Shown here: positions 38,682-51,479 of the stretch, in pieces | Position numbering within the stretch: the first letter of the stretch is position 1 | Layout: every line of letters starts with the position of its first letter | NCBI GenBank assembly: GCA_973895155.1 | Contig: OZ316894.1 | Location: 8,022,234 to 8,086,233, forward strand | Length of the DNA stretch: 64,000 bases | Origin: Marsupella aquatica | Taxonomy: Eukaryota; Plantae; Marchantiophyta | Direction: 5' to 3' | Notes under the pieces: model-generated | The model's input: only the letters and a program-made list of their open reading frames with translations | Told to the model about the DNA's origin: nothing | Database searches by the model: none | Made by a program: the position numbers and the translations under genes

Positions 38682-40980
38682 TTATGGATTAAAGGCCTTT
38701 TTCATAGATTTGAGCTCTTCTATAAATGAGTGCAGGTTTTGAAAGGACGATCCACAGGGCGCCATGGCTGCCTGCAGTGTTTCGCTCACAGCCTTCACGT
38801 TGTTTCTCAAGATGTGGCCTCTCTCCTCTTGCAGTAAGAGCCTGATAGCTCTCTCCACCTCATCCTTTTCTACCACCTGTTCTGCTCCCGTGGAGACTCC
38901 CACTGCCACCTCTAGAACGTCAACAAAAAGCGTCCGATTGATATGTTGCTCGGCTTGCAAGGGCCAGGCGACCATTGGCACCCCCATGCAAAGACTCTCC
39001 ATGGCGGAATTCCATCCAATGTGAGACACAAACCCTCCAACAGCAGGGTGGGCTAAAATGGGGAGCTGCGGAGCCCACCCTGGATAGACAAGGCCCCGCT
39101 CCTTAGTTCTTTCAATAAATCCCGCCGGAAGGATGGCGGAAATATCAGGTGCTCTCAGAGCCCAAAGAAAATTCTGACCGCTCCCCTCAAGTCCTAGAGC
39201 CAGTGCCTCAAGTATAGTGGAGGGGAGCTTAGCTACGGATCCGAAGGCTATGTACAAAACAGAGCAGGTAGGCTGTGAATTCAACCACTGTATGCACTCG
39301 TGGTTTGAGTGTGATTGCTTCTCCAATATGGTCTCCTTGATGTCGCCCTCCAGCAAAGTTGGTCCCACAGTTAAGATGCTCGGCACCTGGAGGCAAGCCG
39401 CCACAGAGTTTGATCAAAAGACTACACCCCTTACAGCCTCCAGTGCTATCTTCAATTGAGTACTATACAATTTGCATTTCCTTTAAGGCTGCTTTTGTTG
39501 CTTAAATTATGGGTCGAAATGACTTCTTTGTAGCTTTCCGAAGGTTTAATTCTCTTTTTAGTGAGGCACTTTTTACAAACGGGAAGTTTTCCAAGGAGAA
39601 CAGCCAAGCTTGCAAGGGTTCCTGCAATGGGGTACAAGTGCAATGCGATGGTTAGGAACGAAACATTCATGTACTGTGTACAACAAAGTCTGGGATGTAC
39701 TGACCTGTGTCGTCTTGAGCTTGGAGGCAAGAAGGGTCCGTAAGCCGTCAATGACTGCAGATTCAAGTTCGTAAACACTATTCACGAGAACCCCAGCTGC
39801 TTCCCATAAACTCTCTGAATTAGCAACCCAGGTGCGGACTGTCTCTGGATTTGTGCCAGCCATATGCATATGGTGCATGTCGCAAGCGTTGATGGGAGGA
39901 AATCCTGGAATGTCAAAAGGTTTCTCATTCAACTGTACAGGGATGCGGCCTTCGGCATGAAACTTAGGCATCAGGTATGTCATCGACAGAAAGTGTGCTG
40001 GTGATGTGAACAAACAATACCGGGGAACTTGATACTTGGCACCTGTGGCCTGCCAACGAGATTCCGACTTCCGTTAGAGATTGAATGCACGCCCAGGCTC
40101 AAGCATTTCTACAGATTTCCATGCCTATCTCACACATAAATTAGAAAAAACCCGTTAAATGATTTGAGCTAAATAAAAGTGTCATGAATCAAGAAAGTGT
40201 AGTAATCGAGCTATGATGACAATCTCCCATCAATCAGGTATGAAATATGGACTTTCTAATCTACCTTCAGAACCAAACCAGTCTTCTGTTTTCCATGTCC
40301 ATCTCTAACACAGATTAGGAAGAAACTGAGAAAGCAATTGAGCAAGGTGAAAAGTGTCATGAACTCATCATGCAAGTGTAGTAATCCAGCTATGGTGACA
40401 ATCTCCCATCAATCGACAATCAGGTATCAAATATGGGCTTGCTAACAGAACTAAACCAATCTCTTTTGACTACCCCTACTGCACAAAAGAATCACGAATT
40501 CACATTGATACATCCTGAGAGAGATCTAAGGAAGCAGGGCAGACTACATGTTATGGTAAAAGAGTCCTGCTGCTGACAGGCAACTGAAATTCGGATCAAA
40601 GATCTCTTGAGATGAGTTCATCATACCTGAGTCCAACCAAGAAACATGTCGGAGACAATGCACGAAGGAGTACCTGCAAGTGAACCGGGGGAGACTAGAG
40701 ATCTCATGAGTTCTTCAAACGGTTCCTTCATGGCCGCCGCTGCCTTAAACCTTTCTTTTACATTTGTGTCCACCTCAAAAACTACAAAGTGCAGATTAGG
40801 AAACTCCGGATCGGCCGTGAGTGGCTTCGAAGCAGAAGAGAGAAGGGTTGTCGTGGTGATAAAAGTGACGGTGATGCCATTCTTCGCCAAAATCTTGGAG
40901 AATTGCAGAAAGGGGGTAACGTGGCCTCCTTCGGGAAATGGGAAGGCCACAACATGGAGTTTAGATTCCTCAACGACCAT
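38682..40980 (-). CDS. Family-1 UDP-glycosyltransferase (plant secondary-product UGT), 3 exons, ~467 aa
   Basis: Exons 40980-40627, 40049-39705, 39386-38682, all in phase 0. It has the N-terminal HVVAFPFPEGGH (catalytic His), CIVSD (Asp) and NSVYELE motifs. The PSPG box is WAPQLPILAHPAVGGFVSHIGWNSAMESLCMGVPMVAWPLQAEQ. Confidence 0.95.
40130..40465. repeat. Degenerate tandem duplication (~175-bp period) in UGT intron 1
   Basis: aaagtgtcatgaa...aagtgtagtaatc.agctatg.tgacaatctcccatcaatc...aggtat.aaatatgg occurs at ~40176 and ~40351. Confidence 0.85.
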
Positions 40981-41478
40981 GACTGTATAGAATCTTAAGT
41001 CTTCCCTCTAGGAGACAATCTACAAAAAACTCTGCTCTGCTCGTTGATCGCCTCACGTCTTTTACACCATCATTCGACGAGCACTTTCTCGAAACACTCC
41101 CCCATCCGTGCTGAAGGACGATGCAGCTCCACGGAGATATCACTCAAACCTGCCCCTGTTCCACAAACTTATGGAGTTTTTTTTATATCCAACAAGCCTG
41201 CACCCACAGTACTGCATCATGAATCCCATCTCGATGCTGCATTGACCGGTCTGATGTTCGTCAAGCTGCCGAACATGCGTGACGGCGGTGACGACAACCT
41301 CTGCCTTGACAATTCTGACGTCAGGTGCTGTACTGTACTATGATGTCGGCTCAGTATAGAGAGTGAGTGGTTGCATCATTGCATGGGGGTCGAGGTAAGT
41401 ACAGATCAAAATATGACATGAAGTGGTTGGGTCCTAGTAATTACCGCCTTTTTTAGTCCTTTGATACAAAAAAGTTAG

Positions 41479-42217
41479 TGGGTGGGAAAGATCTACACAC
41501 GGTTGGATTAGAGTAACTGTTTTCTCTTGACCATTGATGAAATAAATGTGCAACTCTAGCACATATGTACTTTCTATTGTCCCATAAATGTTATTTTTTT
41601 CTCTCACAATTGATGGAGAAATGTGCACCTCTGGCACATATGTGCTTCCCCTTGCCCCATAAATGCCCCGGCCCAACTTCCTATGGGTCGGCCTTCCTTG
41701 CACTGTGCAAAGCACGGGCATAGGGCTCATGATTTATAAGTGGCATGGTACAGGGGCAATCAGGGGATAGTACTCTGAAAAATTTGGAAGTGGTTATTTT
41801 CAAACTGGCACCCTGCTAGAGCACTAGTCTGAAAGAAAAAATAATGTTCTTTTTAAGCCTATTATTCTTGTTCTCTTGACTGCCTAGACAAGTTGAGGAA
41901 ATAGAGTACAAAAAAACGTGGGTGGGAAAAAACAAAAAAAGTTACTGGGTGGGAAAGATCTACACCCGTTGGATTCGAGTAGCTGCTTTCTCCTGACCAT
42001 TGATGGAATAAATGTGCACCCCTGGCACATATGTGCTTTCCGTTGCCCTGTAAATGTTGTTTTTTCTCTGACAATTGATGGAGAAAATGTGCATCCCTGG
42101 CACATATGTGCTTCCCGCTGCCCCATAAATGCCCCGGCCCAACTTCCTATGGGTAGGCCCTCCTTGCACTGTGCACCGCACGGGCATAGGGCTCATGATT
42201 TATAAGTGGCATGGTAC
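41479..42217. repeat. Direct repeat pair (~270 bp each) upstream of the UGT, each with an internal ~75-bp sub-repeat
   Basis: 41479-41751 and 41947-42217 both run gggtgggaaagatctacac...gcccaacttcctatgggt.ggcc...gggcatagggctcatgatttataagtggcatggtac. Confidence 0.92.
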
Positions 42218-42834
42218 TTTAATGGACAAAAACTTGGTCCCCCCTCGGGTTCAGTGGGGTTTAAGGGACCTGGTTTTTTGTAGAGCACCCCTGAAGTCCC
42301 GTTTTGAGTTTCCTTACATTGAACTGCCGAATTACATTTGTGGCGAACGTAGAGTGATATTATATTGGAGCGAAATTGATGTAAAGTGACATTTGTGGCG
42401 AAAGTAATGTTAGAGAAATTTTCACCCGAGTCAGGAAGAATCCAAAAATATGCCTGGGCTTTGTTTCAGGATGGTTTCGCATACTTGTGGATGTTGGTGC
42501 ACTCAGAAGGATGTTTGCGATAAGAATTTCCACACAGTTGTGATGGGACTTACCATGGAGAACCATGTCGTGGCCAAACTCCTTTCACCTGGGCAAGGCA
42601 TGTCGCCTACATTCACATTTTAAGAGGAGTAGATAGAGAGTAGAATCGATCCTGGACCACAAAGCCCAGCCTTTTTCCTAGAGTCTTTCTCAAATTTTAC
42701 CCAGCTATCGTGTATTCTTGGTTGACTGATTCCAATTCAGTTGCTCACAGGCGCTGTGTTTGGCTTAATGATAGCGGGGAACTTTGTGGCCTCGAGTCAA
42801 CTCCATTGGCTTCATGATCTTCACAATAACAAAA

Positions 42835-45800
42835 TTACATTTTTTTACTTTGATTAACCAGTTGCTTAAAGTGTACAACATGCGGTATTCTACTCGCGTA
42901 ATCCGATCCATAGTGAACTGTAAATATTTTGTCGACAATGGCAATACTCTGCTGTGCACATTCTATAGCAGACGCCATTAGAGCAATTGATGCCAGCTTG
43001 AGATACTCGTTGCCAACCACGACGTGCTCCTTGTTGTACAAATGCTCGAGAATCTGGTGAACAAAGGAAAAGAATGCATAGAGCTTAGCAAGGAATCTTT
43101 GGACGTTTTCCTAAGTCAAAAACTAGGCGCCGAAATCAGCTGAGATGTTTGGTACGGCAAGGGTTGATCCAATCGTGCTCATAACTGGACAAATAGATCT
43201 ATAACCAAGTTTTACTATGCCATGCCTGGATATAAGAGACTTACCTCAATCGATCTCTGGCAGTGCTTCATTGCCTTGAGAGGCTGACCTAGGCTACAAA
43301 ATAATTGTGCAACAATGTCCTCCCCCTGCTCAAGGAGACGAATTCCTTAATACAATAGACGAAATGGAGGAATTCTGGTAGATTAACTAGCACGAATAAC
43401 AGAGTAAGTGGGAATCACAGAAACAAACCAACTTATGATTTACAAAATACTATCTCTGGGACTAACACTTCATGTAGGACCTCACCATCACATCACCATC
43501 CTTCACTCCATAGTGGTGAAAAGAAAGATCCAAGTTTAAACAGAAGGAGAGTTAGGCAAAAACCTTGGCCAGCTGCTGATTGTAGGCATGTACAGTGGCC
43601 CTCAAGCTGGTTAAGGCGTTTAGTGCACCCTTCAATTTCCCTTTAACATCCCTTTCATGAGACTCAGCTTTATACAAACCAGCCTCAATCCTGAAATAAT
43701 CATCATTGACTTGTAAGGGTCGATGTGTGAACCTGCAGGCTATTTTAGTTGCCATTCCTTTGGTACCAGGGAGTTGCAGAAATGAGTACATAAGGTCGAA
43801 GTTGAAGATTCTGATACCTCTCAAGACAGGTTGAGGCATTCCTCGCGACCTCAGTCACAGTCTTCACGTCTACAACCGTTCCACAACAAAGGCAACATCC
43901 AATGTTCTCCTCACACACAAGGCTAGCTTTAGAAAAAAATTTGTCAACAAATTTGACATCAATCGCCACCATCGAATGTTCTCTTCTGTGCTTGCTTTCC
44001 TTCCCCTCTCCAGGAACGACTAGCTCTCCCTTTTCATGCACTCCTACAGCCATATGCATTCTAGAGTTTGAGTCTCTGTTTCGACTCAAACTGTCCAGTG
44101 ATTGAGGTCCCAAAACAACACCCATACAACCAGGCTTGGTACATTGGAAAGCTCGCAAGAGCAGGTCAGGTAATGTTAATTTCGAACAGCCAGAACAGTC
44201 ACAACTGAAAAAGTATTCCTCCGAGAGTGCTTGTTTTCTCTCAAGTTGGTTTAGTTCTCCAACCTGATACAACAAACACAGAAGTCTGCAATAAGTAGAA
44301 ACCAACCGACTATTGCTGACGGAACCACTACGCAGAGCAGTGAGTACTGTAAAAACCCCCACAAGTTTGCTCCAACTCCAGAACACACTGCCAATTAAGG
44401 AGAAATTTCCACTTGAATGACTGATTGACATTCAGGCCCGCTTCCTACTGGTATGACTTCAGATGCAGCTTCAGCAAACCTTTCTGTGGATCATCCAAGG
44501 AGCAAACCATGATGTCTCACTTCATCTTTCAAGCTGAAATTACTATCCCCAAAACTTTGTATTAGATTGTCACCTGTGGACCATAGCATAGCTCCAATGC
44601 AGAACCTTCTGGGATATTTGTTATAGCACGTATAAAGAGACGGCCAAATGCAAATGAGGAATGTATGTTGGGAATACATGAGTGGTTCAAACGGCTTCCA
44701 ACCAAGAAGATGCCCTGAGCCACTCGGACCTGAAAAATGGTTCAAACCAGATTGCTCAGCGGTGACAAATGCACTGGGAGAATGACCAGACTCAACATTG
44801 CTACTGTCTAGGCTGATCAGGGAAAAAGGATGCTCCCAAGAATCCAAGTACAAATCATTTCCGTGCCTCACTCAGCAGTACGCTATTGTAATCAACAAAA
44901 GAGTAAAACGGCAGAAGTCACTAAAATTTTAATCATGGACTCACTTGTTCAACTGTGCATACAGATGTGCTTGTCAAATTACACTTCATTTCATTTCCAG
45001 TTTTGATGTCGTTGTTATTTCCCATATCATCACCAGTATCTGGAGAAACCATACAATTTAAAGCCATCGCATTCACCCTTACCTGAGCGATTAGCCCTAT
45101 AACCTGCAGACAGCAAAATTACCAAAAATGAACCAAGTAGCAGAACGATCTTGGAGTTTATCTAGAGTCGTTATTCAATGCTGTTAATACATGATAGGAA
45201 GTAGACATTGTTCTCACCAACAGCTAAAAAGCGCAAAGACGAGTTTGCTTACATCACATTAAGGATACAGAGATGATAAGGATTACGCCAAGCTACAAAC
45301 CTTGGGAGCAACTTTAGCAATCCTACCAGATTGTCTTACACAATGCCCGAGGACTATCCCCAGCACATGTAGCTCCACCTTGTCATTGGCATAAAGATTG
45401 TCATAATGATGACAGAGAGTATCCACCTGGGACACAAATTCGTTCTTTGTCAGCACGATTCTTTATTTTGTACACTTGAACTTACAAATGATTCAAATGA
45501 CTAGAAGTACAAATATTCCAGAGAGCGTTTGCGAATAGAACAATTCAAACACCATCATGAAATATAAAACATGTATCGCTCGGTATCAGAACGATTTAGT
45601 ATTTCGGTCTGGTTCCGATCGTTTATTCTTCTTCTCTAATGTGTATAATAACACTTACTTCAGTCTCGTCTGGTCCTCCAATCAGGTTTAGTTTTCTTGT
45701 GGGTTGTCTATCCGTACGACTAGTACGAAAAAGCATTCGTGCACCTAAGACAGCTTCTGTTGGTAGTACTGCAGACCAGCTGGCCCCACCACATTCAGAT

Positions 45801-48751
45801 ATGTGCTCTCCCAACCTTTGAGATGGGCATTTCGAGTTCCCCTCTGACTGTAGTTGACAGTTGCCACTCTGAAGTAATTGTGTACTAGGACTTGTGGATA
45901 GATCGCCCGGTTCGAGACACATCCGACTTAATTTCCCGTTTGCACGAGAAGATTCTGAATCATGGCTGGCTGAGCAACCTTTTGCAGTGTTTCTACAGAG
46001 CTCTGAGCAATATAGGGGAATAGAGCATGCACTGCATGGCACAGGATCGGCTGGGAGTGTCTCAAAACAAAAGTGACAGTGGGTATCTCGAGCAGATTTT
46101 AACACAACCTGTGGGAAACAAACACAACACTGATTAACCCAGGAATTTTTAAGAAGAAAATGCTAATCTACACCTGTACGATCTCCCATCAGTAGGAGAC
46201 CCCTGTAAAGCAGCTTTTTGCATCATGCAGCATAGCAAGGCAAAAATTTCTCCGAGCCACAAAGAGCATGGGTAAAAGTTTTTAAGATGGACAGTAGAAG
46301 GACGTGAACAATACCGCAGCATAAGGGTCTTCTTGAAGAACCAAAGACCCCCTTGGTAAATCTTCCGTTGTGTGCAAGCTCCATCCCTTCTCTTTGGTCC
46401 AATGCTTCTGTAAACAACCCATCCCTGCAATTAATAGAACACAGAACTTTCCCTTCATGCTCCGAGGAGGTTCAAACCAATGGTCATAACGACACGAATA
46501 GCATGAACCAGTGTGAAGCAGGAAGCAAGTTGTGGTTGCCAATAACAACACAGACTTACAGCAACCCAACAATACCTGTACAGTTTGTAGTAAAATTTGG
46601 GGTGATTGAATTCAAGTTTATATTTTCAGAATCATGTACTGATAACTTTCTTAACTCCATCTGTGCGAGCTCCCGCTTAATCTGTAACCTACGCCCTGAG
46701 GTGGTTTCAGTAGCGAGGGCTTCCTCCATATCTGTAACAGCTCCAGCATAGTCACTCATAGCATCCTTTACAATACTGCGTCTGTACCACGCCTGCACCC
46801 AACCCAGTAGGAAGAGGAAGAAGAGCAACCAAATAAATATGTTTGGGATAAAATAAATCCGAAATCCTTTGGCCCACTTATGGCGTCGACATAAGCAGGC
46901 GATCTGAAAAGAGGGCACCAATTCTGGCATGATAAAGAGAAAATTTTCATTCAACTTCGCTGGTCGTCATTCGCGCATCCGCGAATGATGTTGGGGTCCA
47001 GATTTACAGCATCTAGAAAGTCATACACATAGAAATGAGACAAGGGATCAAAAGCCTGCCCACCTTAGAGTATGATGGTTGTGCATCGATAGCCCGGTCA
47101 CAATCTCTTATGGCAGGTTCCAGGAGACACAGCTTCTGTACAGTAACACTTGTCTTTAAGTTTACCAGCGTGGTCAAAAGCATATCTTTGCATAACTTCA
47201 ACCTCTTCTGAATACCCAAGTCTCTGAATCTGAAGTCCCATAATGCATACCATGCGAAACCTAGTGTGGATGAACGGTCATGACAATACTTCCCCTCTGC
47301 TGTCCATCCTCTTCAATTTATGTACACTTGGTCCAACGCAATTAATTTCTGCAGGAGCGAAAACGCACAGGACTAGAATCTCTGAAGAGCTGTACAATGT
47401 CTAACCAATGTTTGTATTAAGTTGAAATTTTCATTGTTAGAATACTTGCATCCTTCGGTAAAAGGATGACGTTCCACTTGTATTTAATTAAACCAGGAAC
47501 CACCCAGGTCTTCCATGTCAATCTAATTTTTATGAGTAGAGCCCTATTTAAAGCATTTTTTTATGAGTTCATGCCCAAATTGGATAGATCGTCGCAATTT
47601 CTCGGAGAGGAAAAATAATGTCAGCGAATTCTAATGCAAATTTGGAGAGACAATATTCAAAAGCATCACTTAGAAAGTATTACAGAGCATTGGAAGGATT
47701 ATCAGAATTTGGGTTAGTTGGAAGGCACACAGCAAAATGACGACGCTGAGCCAGTTGCTGACGGTATTCTACGGCAATAACTTTTCAATAACGACTGTTC
47801 CGAGGAGAAGACAATTACATGTAAAGTAGCAGCCCTGTTGATGTAAAGAACCGCCTGGGCTTTCCTGCTGTCCTCCTTGGAATCAACTGGAGCACACCGT
47901 AGTGCCTGGCATTCATAAATGTCCCAACCAAAATCCACAGGCCATTTTTCTGAGAATGTAGTGTGAGAGAACACCTCTCAATATCATCAATCGTATTTAG
48001 ACTCGCTCATTTCTGTCATTCCGGTTCCATGTGTTGTCCATGTGCTTAGTTACATGCGTGGTCATCGCAACAACTATATCACCTATGTGCACCGAGAAAG
48101 CTTCACAAGGATGCAAACAAAATAAGCCCAAACAAGCGCTCTATAGTCACTTGAATTTATCTTCGTGCTCCGTCAGTATGGAAAATTGGATGAGTCTTAT
48201 CTTCCTTTCACGTTATGTAACAACATTTACTATTTAGATGGTCAAGGCCACGCCTAAACCACTTAGCCAAATCAGGAGGGCACGAAAAATATGGAAGCCA
48301 CATAAGCCCCAAAACCAAACTGACCTTGGTGTAGCAAGATAATGCTTGATGAAAATTCTGGCTGCCAAAAGCGGCATTGCCGTCACGCTTCCAGGTTGCA
48401 GCACCCTCCGCATCTTTAGCGCAAACGGTCAAGTTTGGATTCGTTAGCTGCTCTAGTAGCTGCGTGACACACAGAAAACACAAATGATGATCTCCTCTCT
48501 GATAGTTGCTAAAACCTTAAATCTTAAACCCTAAACCCAAAATCCTGAATTTTGACCTCAACTTTAGTTTTGAATGCTGGAGATATCAACAGACTTGATT
48601 GTGGGACCACAACTTCACGAACCTGAGAAAATTGGAGAGAAGTGGAAAAGTGCTCGGCGAGGGCAGCAGTGGAGATGTGGAGGTCGTCGAAGGGTGTGGA
48701 CAGGATGAGCGTCCTCAGGTTTTCAGGGATGGAGGCCTTGAGTCGCTCCAT
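42835..48751 (-). CDS. TPR-SET-MYND (SMYD4-type) lysine methyltransferase, plant SET41/SDG41-like, 14 exons
   Basis: Exons approx. 48751-48623,48459-48325,47905-47819,47135-47064,46792-46576,46424-46315,46108-45659,45426-45301,45103-44945,44729-44574,44263-43818,43732-43564,43325-43245,43053-42835. TPR peptides: KRDGNAAF...ALSCY, LYINRA, AIRDCDRAI, KAWYRR. SET-N: KGWSLHTTEDLPRGSLVLQEDPY. MYND: CHFC..CSAC..YCSELC..H...C. SET: LNHSCIPN...ELCY. Post-SET: FSCDCSGC. Confidence 0.92.
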
Positions 48752-50581
48752 TTCATTGATCAAAAGATTTTCCGCTGTATCCGTTCACTCCATGTGGTCA
48801 GATTGCTCATCGAACAATAATTCGAACGGTTTCATGGCTCCTGGCCTGACTGACATCTCTAACTCTGGCTCATTCGTACCAGGAAGACAAGGAGAAGGCA
48901 TTGTTACGTTCTTGCAAGACCTCGGAAGACTAAGTACTAAGTAGTGTCTTTGATGAATGAGGGGCATGGACAATATTTGTCAGAAATTATGTACGAAGTA
49001 AAATATAGTAACGTCTTGGGTACCAGGCCCGTGGGCAAAGGTTTGCCGTCACAAGAGGCTTAAAACTATGCAGTCATTGCTCTTTTGACAACATTTCATA
49101 CAAGGCTTTCGACGATACACAGCAAACAATACATATTGGAGAATAAGGTCTGGGGCCGTTTTTTGGCCCGATCACAACAGTCGAACAAAGTTCAATCAAA
49201 CACGGCAATAATGCCCTTGATCAGATTGTGTTTGGAAAGCCAGCTTCCAAGGCTTGAGTATCTTGTTGATATAACTTTTGCTGAAGGGGACTGCCTTTGA
49301 GCAAGCTGCACACCTAGCTTATAGACGTGGAAAACTCCTGGACTATATTTTTTAATTTTCTATATAATTTGTTGCTGTAAATATTTACCTGTGGCACATA
49401 ACACATTTAACCTACTCAAAACTGTTTGGACCAAAACCATGTTACATGTGGGAAGTGGAGCAGAACTATAATGTCAGGGATTGAAATTGAGACATGCTGA
49501 TCACAAGCTATCCTCAGCCACGTGAGCTGACCAACAGTCCCCACTCTAAGTTACTTGTTTGTATAGTTGTGCTAGGTGAGCTGTTCACAACACAATCATG
49601 TTGTTATGGGGGCATCAAGAGGTTGGACCTCCACTTTTTAGAGTGGTAGTCTTACAACTTTACTGTTTTCTGTGCCAAACATCAAATCAGGAAGGCAAAG
49701 TTGAAAGAGAAAATCAGGGAAATAAATCAAAAGAAAAATAAGCCACAGCAAAAGGTGGAGGGGGAAAGAATGCTTCTTGATCCTCCCCACTCTACTACTG
49801 ATATCTTTTACACAACATTATGTTATGTGCATTGCACAAGGATTGAGTCAGTATACAGGTAATCAGCTTCTTTAGTGTAAAGATCAATTCATGGGATGAG
49901 AATGCTACAAAAAGGAAGGAAAGGCACAGTTCAAAGTGAGGTGGAACTTTAAACCTCGCAAGACATACACCTCCATTGACCGTTGAATTCTCAGTCATGA
50001 CACTATTTTTCTTTCTGGTGGGACCTTACATTTTCTATGTAATATGGGCCTTTGGTGCCATGTGCACTAAACCCGTCCTAACCATGTGGTAAGATAACAC
50101 CTCAAGAGCAACTTAATGAATTGTAGTTTGGACACATTAGCCCGAATGCTCAGAAAGGCATGACTTTGTGGGTAGCTCACTTGAGTAGAGACTGATAGGC
50201 TTTGGGTTCAACTATTGTGGCTAACTCTTCCCTTTCTATGGGATTTCACAAATTTCCCCTTTAAAATAATAATAATAAATAAATAAAGCCCAAATGCCCT
50301 TGTGAATGTATGGGGAGGACTCTGTTGAGCATAGACGACGATCGCAACGGCAAGCCCATGAACCATCCAACGCACAATAGTCGACACAAGAGATACGTGG
50401 TTCACCTCCTTGAGGCTACGTCCACGGGAACACACAAGAGAGCTTTACTGAACTCTAAGCCCGTCAGCTATACCGAGTCTCCACAGTGTAAGCTCTCCCT
50501 ATCTCTCAAGTGGCTCCATAACAATGAGCCTTGGTTCTACCTCTCCAAACACACATGCCTCTTATGATATAGTGTGCAACT

Positions 50582-50745
50582 TAGTTGTACCTAACCACAT
50601 AGTTGTACCTAATCACGTAGTTGTACTTAACCACATAGTTGTACCTAATCACGTAGTTGTACCTGACCACATAGTTGTACCTAATCACGTAGTTGTACCT
50701 AACCACGTAGTTGTACCAACCCACGTTGTTGTACCAACCACGTCA
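50582..50745. repeat. 18-bp minisatellite, ~9 copies (tagttgtacctaa(c/t)cac(a/g))
   Basis: Direct tandem array; it translates as (NHVVVP)n in the ORF track. Confidence 0.95.
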
Positions 50746-50925
50746 TACCTAACCTAGACGTAAGAGTAAATACCCAACAGACTCCCTATAAAACCAGAAA
50801 ATTTCCATGTCCATTTCTACTCACAAGCATACTCCAAATACTAAAATCTATTGTAAGCAGCAAAATCTAAATGCATTGACTCTATTCACTCAGATCTTAT
50901 GCTTCAGAAGCTTAACCCAGGCCTA

Positions 50926-51475
50926 CCGTCTTCCCCCAAACACAGCGCCCGGGCGCTATATTCGAATATTGAGTCAAGGGGCGTTATATTCGATTAGTGA
51001 GCCCTGGGCATTGTGTTTGAGTTTTGACACTTTGTTTTGGATTTTTGTAACATGTGGCGTTGTGTTCGAATATTGGCGTTGTGTTTGAAAATTAACGTTG
51101 TGTTTGAATAGTGGCATATATTTATAATGGTAAGCATATAATTATAATGTGAAACATATTTGCTTTCAGTGCGCTCATTGTCGATAGCTTTTTGTTTGCT
51201 TTCACAATGTCCTCACTCCAACATAATGTCAACTTCAAACACTTCATTGTAACGGAAGACACTACAGCAAACCCCTCACTCAAACATAGTGCCCAAGTTC
51301 GAACACAACGTCATCCCCAAACACAATGCCAAATTCAAACACAGCGCCCAGGCGCTGTGTAAAAGTGGCATTGTGTTCGAAAAAAACATGTATTTTTGTA
51401 TAAGGACACTAACTCGGACACTAAATTTTCAACTTTCGAACACAACGCCCGGGCGCTGTGTTCGGGGGAAGACGG
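50926..51475. mobile_element. Tc1/mariner (pogo-like) MITE, 550 bp, TA TSD, long TIRs
   Basis: TA|CCGTCTTCCCCCAAACACAGCGCCCGGGCGCTATATTCGAA ... TTCGAACACAACGCCCGGGCGCTGTGTTCGGGGGAAGACGG|TA. Internal inverted arms lie at ~51000-51110 and ~51280-51355. Confidence 0.88.
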
Positions 51476-51479
51476 TAGT

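Noticed and set aside
45800-45990. Long insertion splitting the MYND finger of the SET protein
   Set aside because: From my recollection, plant SET41/SDG41 proteins also have a variable spacer before the last His/Cys ligands, so it is not novel.
50524-50757. ORF encoding (NHVVVP)n
   Set aside because: It is the translation of an 18-bp minisatellite, with no other coding evidence.
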